Assembly (NCBI GenBank): GCA_029856435.1
Contig: JAHQXB010000126.1
Span: 1 to 26,052 of the forward strand
From: Candidatus Jordarchaeia archaeon
Lineage (GTDB): Archaea; Asgardarchaeota; Jordiarchaeia; Jordiarchaeales; Jordiarchaeaceae
DNA length: 26,052 nt
Reading direction: 5' to 3'
Each line of letters opens with the position of its first letter. Within the stretch, counting starts at the first letter, position 1. Positions 17,170-25,773 of this stretch are shown here, piece after piece. The position numbers were made by a program, and so were the translations under genes. The notes under the pieces are model-generated. The model had not been told where the DNA came from, searched no databases, and was given only the letters and a program-made list of their open reading frames with translations.

Positions 17170-18099
17170 TTGACCTCGATTTTCGTTTTCGGTCTCCTGC
17201 CCGAATCGCCCGGTAAAACACTTGTCAGCAGGGCTATTGTGCGAGGATTAATTAGTAGGGGTTTAGACGTTGGTGTTTTTAAACCTCGCTCGGGTCACAA
17301 TTACTGGTACCAGTACGATGCGTTCCAGAAGTGTAAAGAGGAAGGTCAACTTTTCTGCCAGGACATCATAGAGCTTACTGAGGCTCGTGGCGGAGACACA
17401 TTGCCCTACGTGTTAACAAATCCTGTAGACGCCCTTATGGCTCCCCTCAAAATCGAAAATTATCTTGGAAAGAATTGCAACCAATTCTATTTAGACGATT
17501 ACCACACATTCACACACCTAGTAATGGAGAGATACACGATTTATGAGGCAGACATTACAAATACTCTATGCATTAATTCTGCCAGAATGAGGGATGTACT
17601 TTTCTCAGAGCCCTCCTTCCTTAAAGATGTTGCTAGTAAAGCTGCCAGAACTATTCAAATCGGCTCCCTAGAAGCGTGGAATCAGATATACAAAGACCTC
17701 TCATCCAAAGCTATAATAAGTTGCTACAGAAAAGTGTGTGAGAAACATGAAAGCATTCTAATTGAAGGATACAATGATGCAGTTTGCCCCGAATACAACC
17801 TCAACTATGACATAGTTGTTGGCGTGGCTCCCGGAGTGGCAATATTCTACGAGTCAGAGCGATTCACTCAAGTATTAAAATTTATGAAGGATCTGGGAAG
17901 AGACCCCTTAAGCCTACGGGCTGAAAACATATTAGAACACCTCAAAACAGACAAGATAATCAGAGTGCCCTCCCTAGTTTCAAAAGAAAAAAAGGACACA
18001 GACACCCTAAGTGAAAAGTTAAGCCCAATAGTAGACTACGCAGAGAAAAAAATCGAAAAAGAACATCAACAAATCTCAGAAAATATAAAAGGAAAATGA
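17170..18099 (+). CDS. Predicted archaeal P-loop ATPase/GTPase (COG4028-like)
   Basis: GLLPESPGKT Walker A variant, VGVFKPRSGHNYWYQY, NPVD, and ILIEG Walker B-like motif. Confidence 0.75.
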   Translation: MTSIFVFGLLPESPGKTLVSRAIVRGLISRGLDVGVFKPRSGHNYWYQYDAFQKCKEEGQLFCQDIIELTEARGGDTLPYVLTNPVDALMAPLKIENYLGKNCNQFYLDDYHTFTHLVMERYTIYEADITNTLCINSARMRDVLFSEPSFLKDVASKAARTIQIGSLEAWNQIYKDLSSKAIISCYRKVCEKHESILIEGYNDAVCPEYNLNYDIVVGVAPGVAIFYESERFTQVLKFMKDLGRDPLSLRAENILEHLKTDKIIRVPSLVSKEKKDTDTLSEKLSPIVDYAEKKIEKEHQQISENIKGK

Positions 18100-18314
18100 G
18101 TTTCACAAGTACCATAAAAAAGTTAATTTATTATACGCCAACTAAAAACAGTCAATCAAGCCGGGCACCAAATCGACATAAAGCTACATTGAGCTGAAAT
18201 TTTAAAACATCACTAAATAAGTAGAAAGTGGCTTTTTTAAGGTAGGAATTGGAAAGACACAAAACCGATTTAGGCTTTGAACACTATTTATCTGTGGTAA
18301 AGGGGTTAAACTCT

Positions 18315-18756
18315 GTGAATCGGGTTGTGTCTAGGGAGCAGATTATTCACAAGCTGGGTGATGAGGGTTTGGTAAGTTTACAGAAACTTGGGAGTAGTTG
18401 CAGTTTATCTTTATGGAAGCTATGCTAGGGGGAGAGTCGCCGCCTTTTAGTGATGCTGACATCGGTGTCCTTTTGGCAAAGGATATTCCCGTTGAGATGT
18501 ATCTCGATGTTGGGCTGGAATTGATGGGCGGCATCTCTAGGATTCTTGGCACTCTGAAGTTGAGGTGAGAGTGCTTAATAAGCCCTCTGCCGTTTTTAGG
18601 TATGAAATTGTTAGAGATGGCTGTTTATCCTACTGCTCTTATGAGAATGTTTGTGTTAAGGCCAGTACACTATTGGAATACTTCTTCAGATGTGCGCTCG
18701 ACGAGTATTACCGCCACCTAGCCAAGAGAATAGAGGAGGGAAGAATGACTGACTAA
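18315..18756 (+). pseudogene. Minimal nucleotidyltransferase (MNT/MntA) pseudogene
   Basis: Joined frames give VVAVYLYGSYARG..SDADIGVL...EVRVLN.....FRYEIVRDG. About three frameshifts. Confidence 0.8.
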
Positions 18757-18927
18757 TCCCGAAGTGATTAAGGCTAGACCATTGAAGCTCCAAGAATGCT
18801 TAAAATACTAAAAAATACGTCTGGATACACATTTAACGAGTTTAAATCAAATCCTGAAAGATATGGTAGTGCTGAACGATTTCTACAACTTGCAATCAAG
18901 TGTTGTCTAGATATAAGCGTGGCGTAA
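18749..18927 (+). pseudogene. HEPN (DUF86/HepT-like) toxin pseudogene, truncated
   Basis: TNPEVIKAR..KLQECLK / ILKNTSGYTFNEFKSNPERYGSAERFLQLAI.CCLDI. Start is CTG, with a frameshift and an early stop. The Rx4H motif is absent. Confidence 0.75.
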
Positions 18928-19032
18928 ATCACATTTAATACGTCCTCAACCATATTCTGAACCAGCGAATAATTTGAGCTAATGCCGCTTGGCATTGGTG
19001 GACCGATTCCGGCATGATTTATCTTGTAAGCC

Positions 19033-19986
19033 CTATTTTTTAGTGGGTCCTGTGACTCTTATGATGTCTTTGTAGAAGTCGTTACGGTTTTCAATTAGTT
19101 TGATTGGGTCGTCTACAGTTATGGCAAAAAGGTATGGCACATCTCCACCACTTGCTCCCCAGAGCTGGTAGGTTGGTTTGTACCCAAATTTTGGTTCCCA
19201 GCTACTGCAAATTTCTTCAAACTTCTTCTCAGTTTTCTCTTCATCATAATAGTCGCGTCTTACACTTACAGTAAACGTATACCTGTAAAGGATTTTCATT
19301 TTTATGCGTTTAAGCTCATCCAATTTTTTCCCGGAAAAAATACTTTTCAGTCGGCCTTGTTTTTCCTTTTGAGGCATTGATTTCTCTCCTCTGGACGGTT
19401 CTTTTTTCTTTGACTTCACAGGTAATGTGTGGAGTGGCTCCCTCACCCTGTAATTGGTAATATCGTTTAGTAGAACCCTCTGGTTAGCCAAGGTTACAAA
19501 CACTTTGTCGGGACCATATAGTCGAGTGTAGTTAATCGTTATTTCATCTACGATTCCTTCATTTGCTCCTATTTTAACATAGTCCCCTACTGAAAACGGT
19601 CTGCTAACTAAAATGTAGAATCCTGCGACGACATTCTGCAGTGAAAAAGATATGAATAGTGCAACTGCCGTCGACAGGGAAGCGGTAAGCGCCACCAGCA
19701 ACTCTGAAGGAATGACAACGCCAAATAAGGGTAAAGCCGCCGTAATTATAATGACTAGAATTATAATTCGGACACCAATCATAACAGTATTGGCAGCTGT
19801 CCTAGGCAGATTTAACTTAATGACTGTCCGCCTAGCAACCAAAAAGATTAGGCGCTCTGCTACCATAAGCGCAATCACAAGTATTATGAACCACCAAAAC
19901 GCCGGGGTCAGTAAAATATCCCAAGGCTGAGTAGGCATTATCCCAAATAACAACAAAAAACGCAACCCTCCATTTTTCAAATCCAA
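19033..19986 (-). CDS. mscS: MscS-family small-conductance mechanosensitive channel
   Basis: Three TM helices, then SLQNVVAGFYILVSRPFSVGDYVKIG..EGIVDEITINYTRL. Start uncertain (19986 TTG to 19938 ATG). Confidence 0.88.
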   Translation of the reverse strand: MDLKNGGLRFLLLFGIMPTQPWDILLTPAFWWFIILVIALMVAERLIFLVARRTVIKLNLPRTAANTVMIGVRIIILVIIITAALPLFGVVIPSELLVALTASLSTAVALFISFSLQNVVAGFYILVSRPFSVGDYVKIGANEGIVDEITINYTRLYGPDKVFVTLANQRVLLNDITNYRVREPLHTLPVKSKKKEPSRGEKSMPQKEKQGRLKSIFSGKKLDELKRIKMKILYRYTFTVSVRRDYYDEEKTEKKFEEICSSWEPKFGYKPTYQLWGASGGDVPYLFAITVDDPIKLIENRNDFYKDIIRVTGPTKK

Positions 19987-20262
19987 CTAATACCAGTAAT
20001 ATAAATGTTATCCATCAAAACCTACATAAACTTTCTCTAGATAAAACAACACCTGTGCCCCACCTTCAAGAAGCTAGAGAATTCGAAAAAGAGATCGAGG
20101 AAAACATACTGAAATGAAGACTGAAACACAAATGTCTCAGGACAGGTGCATTTCAGACAACGGTTTTAAAAATCTCTATGCTTGGTAACCCTATTCCCAC
20201 TTAATTTATAAATGTGATGTATAGAATAATAAAAATTAGATTGGTAATTGAGGTGAAAGTAA

Positions 20263-20442
20263 ATGGCAGATGTTGAGAAAGTAGTGCTGGAAGCGATGAA
20301 GAAGGCGGGCAAGCCAGTGAGACCGGGTGACATAGCCAAAATGACCGGTTTGGAGAGTAAACAGGTCTCCGAGGCCATTCAAAACCTGAAAAAAGAAGGG
20401 AAAGTCACATCGCCCAAAAAGTGCTACTGGGCACCAAAATAA
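20263..20442 (+). CDS. 59-aa winged helix-turn-helix protein (not in the ORF track)
   Basis: GAGGTGA SD. MADVEKVVLEAMKKAGKPVRPGDIAKMTGLESKQVSEAIQNLKKEGKVTSPKKCYWAPK shows a three-helix plus wing pattern. Confidence 0.88.
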   Translation: MADVEKVVLEAMKKAGKPVRPGDIAKMTGLESKQVSEAIQNLKKEGKVTSPKKCYWAPK

Positions 20443-20520
20443 AGCATTAGACTGTTTCCCTTTTTTATTCTTAAACCATTCAAAATTGTTTTTTTACCAT
20501 TCTTTTTATAAAGAACAATT

Positions 20521-22179
20521 GTGTATAGGACTCCAGCTAAAAAAATGTTAGAGGAGGAAAGATTCTTGGAAGAGAGAATAATGTGGAGATTTCTAGAGAG
20601 AAACGCCAAAGAGTATCCGGACCTTGAGGCCTACCGCTATCTTGGAAGAGGCGAAACCTACGAACAAGTAGATGAAAAATCAGACATTTTGGCAAAACAC
20701 CTCATAAAAATGGGCGTAAAAAAGGGCGACCGAATATCCGCCTACATCCCACCAGTACCCGCATTCTTACTATTCTTCATGGCCACCTCAAAACTTGGAG
20801 CCATCCTAACCCCTCTCGACACCCGATTCAAATCTACAGAACTGACCTACACCAATGATATTGCGCAGCCCAACGTATTCATCTTTCAGCCATTCCTAGA
20901 ATCCACACAGGCCAACTTCGAGGAACAAGTTAAAGAAATGCTGCCTCAATTCCAAAAGAACGTCAAGCATTACATTAGCTTGGGAGAAACCAAAATCCCC
21001 AAAGCAGTTACCATGCAAAGCCTACTTAAAGACCCCCTCCACGAACTGGACGATGAATTGGAAAAGAGGAAAAAGGCAGCACGTGAAGAAGACCCCATAC
21101 TCATTATCTTCACAACTGGCACCACTGGTCCCCCCAAAGCTACCCTTCTAACTCACAAGAGTATATCTTCTATGTGTTTAAATGAAGCTAGGGCAACTAA
21201 AGCCAGCCCCGAAGACCGGGTACTGTGCCACTTCACTCCCAGCCATGTTGCTGGATCCTGCGAGATAGTATCTACCGCGGTCGTGGGGCCGATAACCACC
21301 GTGTTTCTAGACCATTTCAACCCTAAGACCACCCTAGACACGGTACAAAACGAAAAAGTCACTATTTGGGGCCAGATTCCAACAATGTTCCAACTGGAAT
21401 TTGTACTGCCAAACTTTGACGATTATGATTTTTCCTCAGTTAGACTCTGCATAATAGCGGGTGAGCCACCAACAAAAGAATTAGTGCAACGCCTACAAAA
21501 AATTGGACAGGGACACGTGATAACTGGATGGGGACTCACGGAGACATCTGGCTTCGCAACCTGGACCGAAATTGACGACACATTCGAAAACCTATCGAAC
21601 ACTGTAGGAAAAGCAGCTGGGGACTATAAAATTAAAATTGTAGACATGGACAATCCAAAAAAAGAGCTGAAAACTGGTGAGATTGGAGAGATTGCAGTTA
21701 TTGGAGACTGCAACATGGCGGGATACTTTGGCAACCCCGAAGAAACAAAAAAGACACTACTTGAGGGAAACATGTTACTTACCGGAGATGTGGGCTACCT
21801 AAGAGAAGACGGCTACCTCGTACTCACCGCCAGGAAAAAAGAAATCATACGCTACGCGGCATACAACATTTATCCCCCCGAGGTCGAAGACTACATCACC
21901 AAGTATCCAGGCGTAATACAAGCGGCAGTAGTAGGCGTACCAGACCCCATGTACACTGAGGTTCCATGGGCCATTGTTCGTCCAAACCCCTGGGTGGAGA
22001 AAAAAGTCACCGCAGAAGAACTCATAGAATACTGCAAAAAGGGACTGGCCGACTACAAGGTTCCCAGACGCATAATATTCAAAGACAACCTACCACTAAC
22101 ACGCGTAGCAAAAATCGACAAAAAAGCCCTAAAAGCCGAAGCAATAGAAATAGCAAAAAAAGAAGGAAAAATAAAGTAA
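20521..22179 (+). CDS. Class I adenylate-forming enzyme (long-chain fatty acid/acyl-CoA ligase-like)
   Basis: FTTGTTGPPK, TGWGLTET, TGDVG, RKKEII, IYPPEVE and LPLTRVAKIDK. The start may be ATG 20545. Confidence 0.92.
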   Translation: MYRTPAKKMLEEERFLEERIMWRFLERNAKEYPDLEAYRYLGRGETYEQVDEKSDILAKHLIKMGVKKGDRISAYIPPVPAFLLFFMATSKLGAILTPLDTRFKSTELTYTNDIAQPNVFIFQPFLESTQANFEEQVKEMLPQFQKNVKHYISLGETKIPKAVTMQSLLKDPLHELDDELEKRKKAAREEDPILIIFTTGTTGPPKATLLTHKSISSMCLNEARATKASPEDRVLCHFTPSHVAGSCEIVSTAVVGPITTVFLDHFNPKTTLDTVQNEKVTIWGQIPTMFQLEFVLPNFDDYDFSSVRLCIIAGEPPTKELVQRLQKIGQGHVITGWGLTETSGFATWTEIDDTFENLSNTVGKAAGDYKIKIVDMDNPKKELKTGEIGEIAVIGDCNMAGYFGNPEETKKTLLEGNMLLTGDVGYLREDGYLVLTARKKEIIRYAAYNIYPPEVEDYITKYPGVIQAAVVGVPDPMYTEVPWAIVRPNPWVEKKVTAEELIEYCKKGLADYKVPRRIIFKDNLPLTRVAKIDKKALKAEAIEIAKKEGKIK

Positions 22180-22257
22180 CCATACATACAAACCAACCCC
22201 CTTTCCCATTTTTTTCAACCAAAAAAGGTGAAATGGATAAGAGGGGCGAAGCTCAAA

Positions 22258-22839
22258 TCATAGTCTTCTCTTTGGCTTGGGAGGAGCATAGTAGACCGAT
22301 GGGTCTGTTCCCTCTTCTGATTTGAGTTGAAATGTCTTTCTTTGAGCAATTATTTTTGAAACCATACTTTCAGGATCATTGAGGTCACCGAAATAAATAG
22401 CTTGGCCCTCGCAGCAGACCACACAGAATGGTTCAAGACCCTGATCGATGCGGTGTACGCAAAAGTGGCACTTTTCAATAACCTTCCTACTGCGATTGAA
22501 ATGTATGGCGCCATAGGGACAGGCATCGATGCATACTAGGCACCCATCACACTTGGTTTCGTCCAGAACTACTGGCCCATCATTCCTTTTGATTAGCGCC
22601 CCCTGAGGACAGGCATCTACGCAGGGAGGATTAGCACAGTGATTGCATAGCTGGGGAAGAAAGTTCATCCTTAGTTCAGGAAAACTTCCCTCTGGAGTAT
22701 CTTTTTGCAAAGCATTTTGGGTTTCTACCCAAATCCATGGTGCTGTAGTGTTGTTCTCTATTCTGCAAGCCACGGTGCAAGCTTCACACCCTATGCATCT
22801 TTCCTGATCTATGACTAAAACTAGTCGCCTGTTTTTCAT
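22258..22839 (-). CDS. Four-cluster Fe-S subunit (DmsB/NrfC-like) of the Mo/W oxidoreductase
   Basis: CIGCEACTVAC, CNHCANPPCVDACP, CDGCLVCIDACP and KCHFC..PFCVVCC. 4-bp ATGA overlap with the catalytic subunit gene. Confidence 0.93.
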   Translation of the reverse strand: MKNRRLVLVIDQERCIGCEACTVACRIENNTTAPWIWVETQNALQKDTPEGSFPELRMNFLPQLCNHCANPPCVDACPQGALIKRNDGPVVLDETKCDGCLVCIDACPYGAIHFNRSRKVIEKCHFCVHRIDQGLEPFCVVCCEGQAIYFGDLNDPESMVSKIIAQRKTFQLKSEEGTDPSVYYAPPKPKRRL

Positions 22840-25103
22840 TTTTCTGACTCCTCCATCTTTTCTACCTCCACAGCCACATCGTTCATACTCATGTTGGGCT
22901 CATATACAAATTCGTGAACTGGGTTAATGACATCGTGTGTTAGATGGTTGACGCTCCCCTCCCCAAACTGGTCAATCCACCACCCCTCAGTGATATTAAC
23001 TACTCCTGGTCTAATGCCCTCTGTTACTCTAGCCCTCAAAGTGGTGCGGGCGCGATCATTGAAAACAACTACAATGTCATTGTCCTTAATGTTGCGCTTT
23101 TTGGCATCAACGGGATTGATTTCCACCACTGGTTCTGGATTCATTTCAAGGAGGGAGCGCACATTGGCAAACATGGAGTGAGTGCGGAACCGGCTGTGTC
23201 CCTGGATAAATGCTAAAGGATATTTTCCCTTGCCCGGCTCAACTGGAGCTTCCAAAGGTGGAAGATAAACGGGAAGGGCTTGGCCAAACTCTACCAGTTG
23301 CTCCGCATATATTTCGATTTTTCCAGAGGGTGTGGAGAATGTGATGTCAAATTTTTGGCCAGTGTCTGGAATAAATGGTAGCTTCATCGCTCCCTGCTGC
23401 TTCAATTTTTCTCTTGTGATTCCACCCAGAGAGGGATGCTGCATAATGAGATCTATGAAGCCCTCTTCCCCACCACTAAAATACTCGGCGAAACCCAGCT
23501 TTTCGGCAACTCCAGCGGCGATATCCACATCAGACTTGGACTCGTAGAGAGGTTCTATAACCTTCTGCTGAAGCTGAACATAGGGGTAGGGATGAGGCAG
23601 AAAATCCGAAAATTCCAGAAAGCTACAGGCTGGAAGCAAAATATCAGCATAGCGGGCAGTAGGCGTCATAAACATGTCCACAGTCACAATAAATTCCAAG
23701 TTGGGAATAACCTCTCTTATGATTTTCCCACTGTTGGCACACTGGTTTACAAAGTTGATGAAGGCAAACCACACCGCCTTAATGGGCCAAGGTTTCCCCC
23801 TAACCACCGCATCATAAAGCTGCAGAATCCCAAGCCGATGATAGGACGACCTCTCCGGAATTGCGTGGAGGAAAGGCTGCCAGTTAAGCACCGCGGGAAG
23901 ATGCCCCGAGCCAAAAGAGGTGTTAACATTACCCGTAACAGCAGCAACAGTGCCCAAAGCTCTCATAGAAATATCCCCATGATGTGTTCTCGCTAAACCC
24001 ATGTGGGTGACGAAGGCAACAGTTTCCGCACTGCCAATCCTCTCACCCAACTTCCTGATGAGTTCAGCCGATACTCCCGTTATTTCAGACACCCTTTCAG
24101 GAGGATACTGCTCAGCCAATTCCTTAAGAAGTTGAAATGAAGGCTTACACTCTAAACCGTTTAACCTGTAGGTTCCAGTAATCGCGGCAGCGATTCCGGG
24201 CGCCCCGGGAACTTGGGGTGAATTTGATACAGTATCCCAGACCACATAGCTTTCCTTTTCCTTCCAACCCAAATCCTTACCTCTAAGAAACTTCCCATTA
24301 TCAGTTCTAACCATGAAAGGCCCCACAGTATACCTACGAATAAAATCATCATCTTGGAGTCTCTTTTTAAAAATGACGTGCATAAGCCCCAGCGCCAGAG
24401 CGGCGTCGGTACCCGGCCTAATGCCCAGATACTCGTCAGCCTTAGAGGCAGTCACAGTGTAACGAGGATCAATAACCACCAATTGTGCACCTTTCTCCTT
24501 AGCATCCATAATTTTTCGCATCATGAAGAGGGGTTGGGTCTCAGCGGGGTTTGAACCCCAAACAACCACCAGTTCTGGAACCGATGGCGGAATAAGGTAG
24601 GGCAGAAAGAACGTGAATGGCAGATGGGTGCCAAAAAGAACCCGGCTACCGCAGGGCAGACCAGCATCGCCATAGCCCCACGCACTAACCCGCGTACTCT
24701 GAGTCAGGCTAGCCAACCTCAAATATGCTCCAAATTTAGTGGTACCAGCTCCCGGTCCCCCTAGCACCCAGCCGATTGCCCGCCAACCATACTTGTCGCC
24801 GATTTCTCTGAATTTGTTTGCAATTGTGGTAAACGCTTCATCCCAAGAGATTCTCTCAAACTTGCCCTCTCCACGCTCTCCCACCCTCCTCATAGGATAC
24901 TTTAAGCGGTCAGGATGGTAGGTTATTTCCAGACTGGAGAGGCCACGGAGACAGATTCTCCTATCCTTTGGATCCGGAAAGTCTGCAGGTTCCAGCTTAA
25001 CTACTCGGCCACCCTTAACATGAGCCAGAATGCCACAGCAATCTATGCCACAGTGTGCTGGACAGGCTGTCCTCACTACCCGGATTTCATCTTTCTCGGC
25101 CAT
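22836..25103 (-). CDS. Mo/W-bisPGD (DMSO reductase superfamily) catalytic subunit, no Tat signal
   Basis: N-terminal C14-x3-C18-x3-C22(C23)...C51, PDRLKYPMRRVGERGEGKFERISWDEA, WGSNPAET, VIDPRYT, GTDAALALG, DILLPA, RFRTHS and molydopterin dinucleotide-binding C-terminal domain. Confidence 0.95.
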   Translation of the reverse strand: MAEKDEIRVVRTACPAHCGIDCCGILAHVKGGRVVKLEPADFPDPKDRRICLRGLSSLEITYHPDRLKYPMRRVGERGEGKFERISWDEAFTTIANKFREIGDKYGWRAIGWVLGGPGAGTTKFGAYLRLASLTQSTRVSAWGYGDAGLPCGSRVLFGTHLPFTFFLPYLIPPSVPELVVVWGSNPAETQPLFMMRKIMDAKEKGAQLVVIDPRYTVTASKADEYLGIRPGTDAALALGLMHVIFKKRLQDDDFIRRYTVGPFMVRTDNGKFLRGKDLGWKEKESYVVWDTVSNSPQVPGAPGIAAAITGTYRLNGLECKPSFQLLKELAEQYPPERVSEITGVSAELIRKLGERIGSAETVAFVTHMGLARTHHGDISMRALGTVAAVTGNVNTSFGSGHLPAVLNWQPFLHAIPERSSYHRLGILQLYDAVVRGKPWPIKAVWFAFINFVNQCANSGKIIREVIPNLEFIVTVDMFMTPTARYADILLPACSFLEFSDFLPHPYPYVQLQQKVIEPLYESKSDVDIAAGVAEKLGFAEYFSGGEEGFIDLIMQHPSLGGITREKLKQQGAMKLPFIPDTGQKFDITFSTPSGKIEIYAEQLVEFGQALPVYLPPLEAPVEPGKGKYPLAFIQGHSRFRTHSMFANVRSLLEMNPEPVVEINPVDAKKRNIKDNDIVVVFNDRARTTLRARVTEGIRPGVVNITEGWWIDQFGEGSVNHLTHDVINPVHEFVYEPNMSMNDVAVEVEKMEESEK

Positions 25104-25267
25104 ATTTTTTAACCTCTAAAAAGGTAATCCTGCATTTTTCTATTTTTTTTAACTATTATTATCTTTTCGTTATGCTATAATATGTGGGGAGCCAGATTTT
25201 ACTCTTCGCGGTATTATCAGTATTTGAAAACTGTGAAAAAAATAAAAATATTGGGTTGATTCTTTTT

Positions 25268-25462
25268 TTACTTCATGGCTAGGAGTGTTAAGCCTAGTTC
25301 CTTCTCGAGGTTCTGAACTTTTTTGAGTTGTTCTGGGGACAAGTCTGCGAAGGAAGTTGGTTTTTGGAAGGCAACCAGAACTACGTCGAGTTCTTTTTCC
25401 AGTTGCTGGATTTTCGCTATTTGGTCCTTTTTTAGTTTAGCTGGTTCCGGCCAAACTTTCAA
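25268..25462 (-). CDS. 64-aa protein made of two 31-residue repeats
   Basis: GGGAGG SD and TTG start. AKLKKDQIAKIQQLEKELDVVLVAF aligns with ADLSPEQLKKVQNLEKELGLTLLAM. Confidence 0.8.
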   Translation of the reverse strand: MKVWPEPAKLKKDQIAKIQQLEKELDVVLVAFQKPTSFADLSPEQLKKVQNLEKELGLTLLAMK

Positions 25463-25773
25463 TTTTAAGCCCTCCCAAAATTGAATTCACCAATCGTTAA
25501 AAAGTATAATGTAACTCTAATTTATATAGATTTCCAAGGATAAATTATCCTACACAAACAACCCACCTCCACCACCGAACCTAGGTAAAGTAAACAACCT
25601 ACCTATCCTTTGGACGGATAGGAACACCCTCAAAGAGTGAACTTTGAATTCCAAGGCCTGAAGGATGTAAAATGTAAAGTAAAACCTTGAAAAAAGTGAG
25701 TAGATTACTTATATACGAGTTTCTCCCCTTTATGCTAATGGACAAAAAGATGTTAGGGAGTGGAGAAAATATC

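Noticed and set aside
25538-25622. Short inverted repeats GGATAA-A-TTATCC and CCTATCC-N7-GGATAGG
   Set aside because: Stems of 6-7 bp with no supporting context. Possible operators, but not distinguishable from chance.
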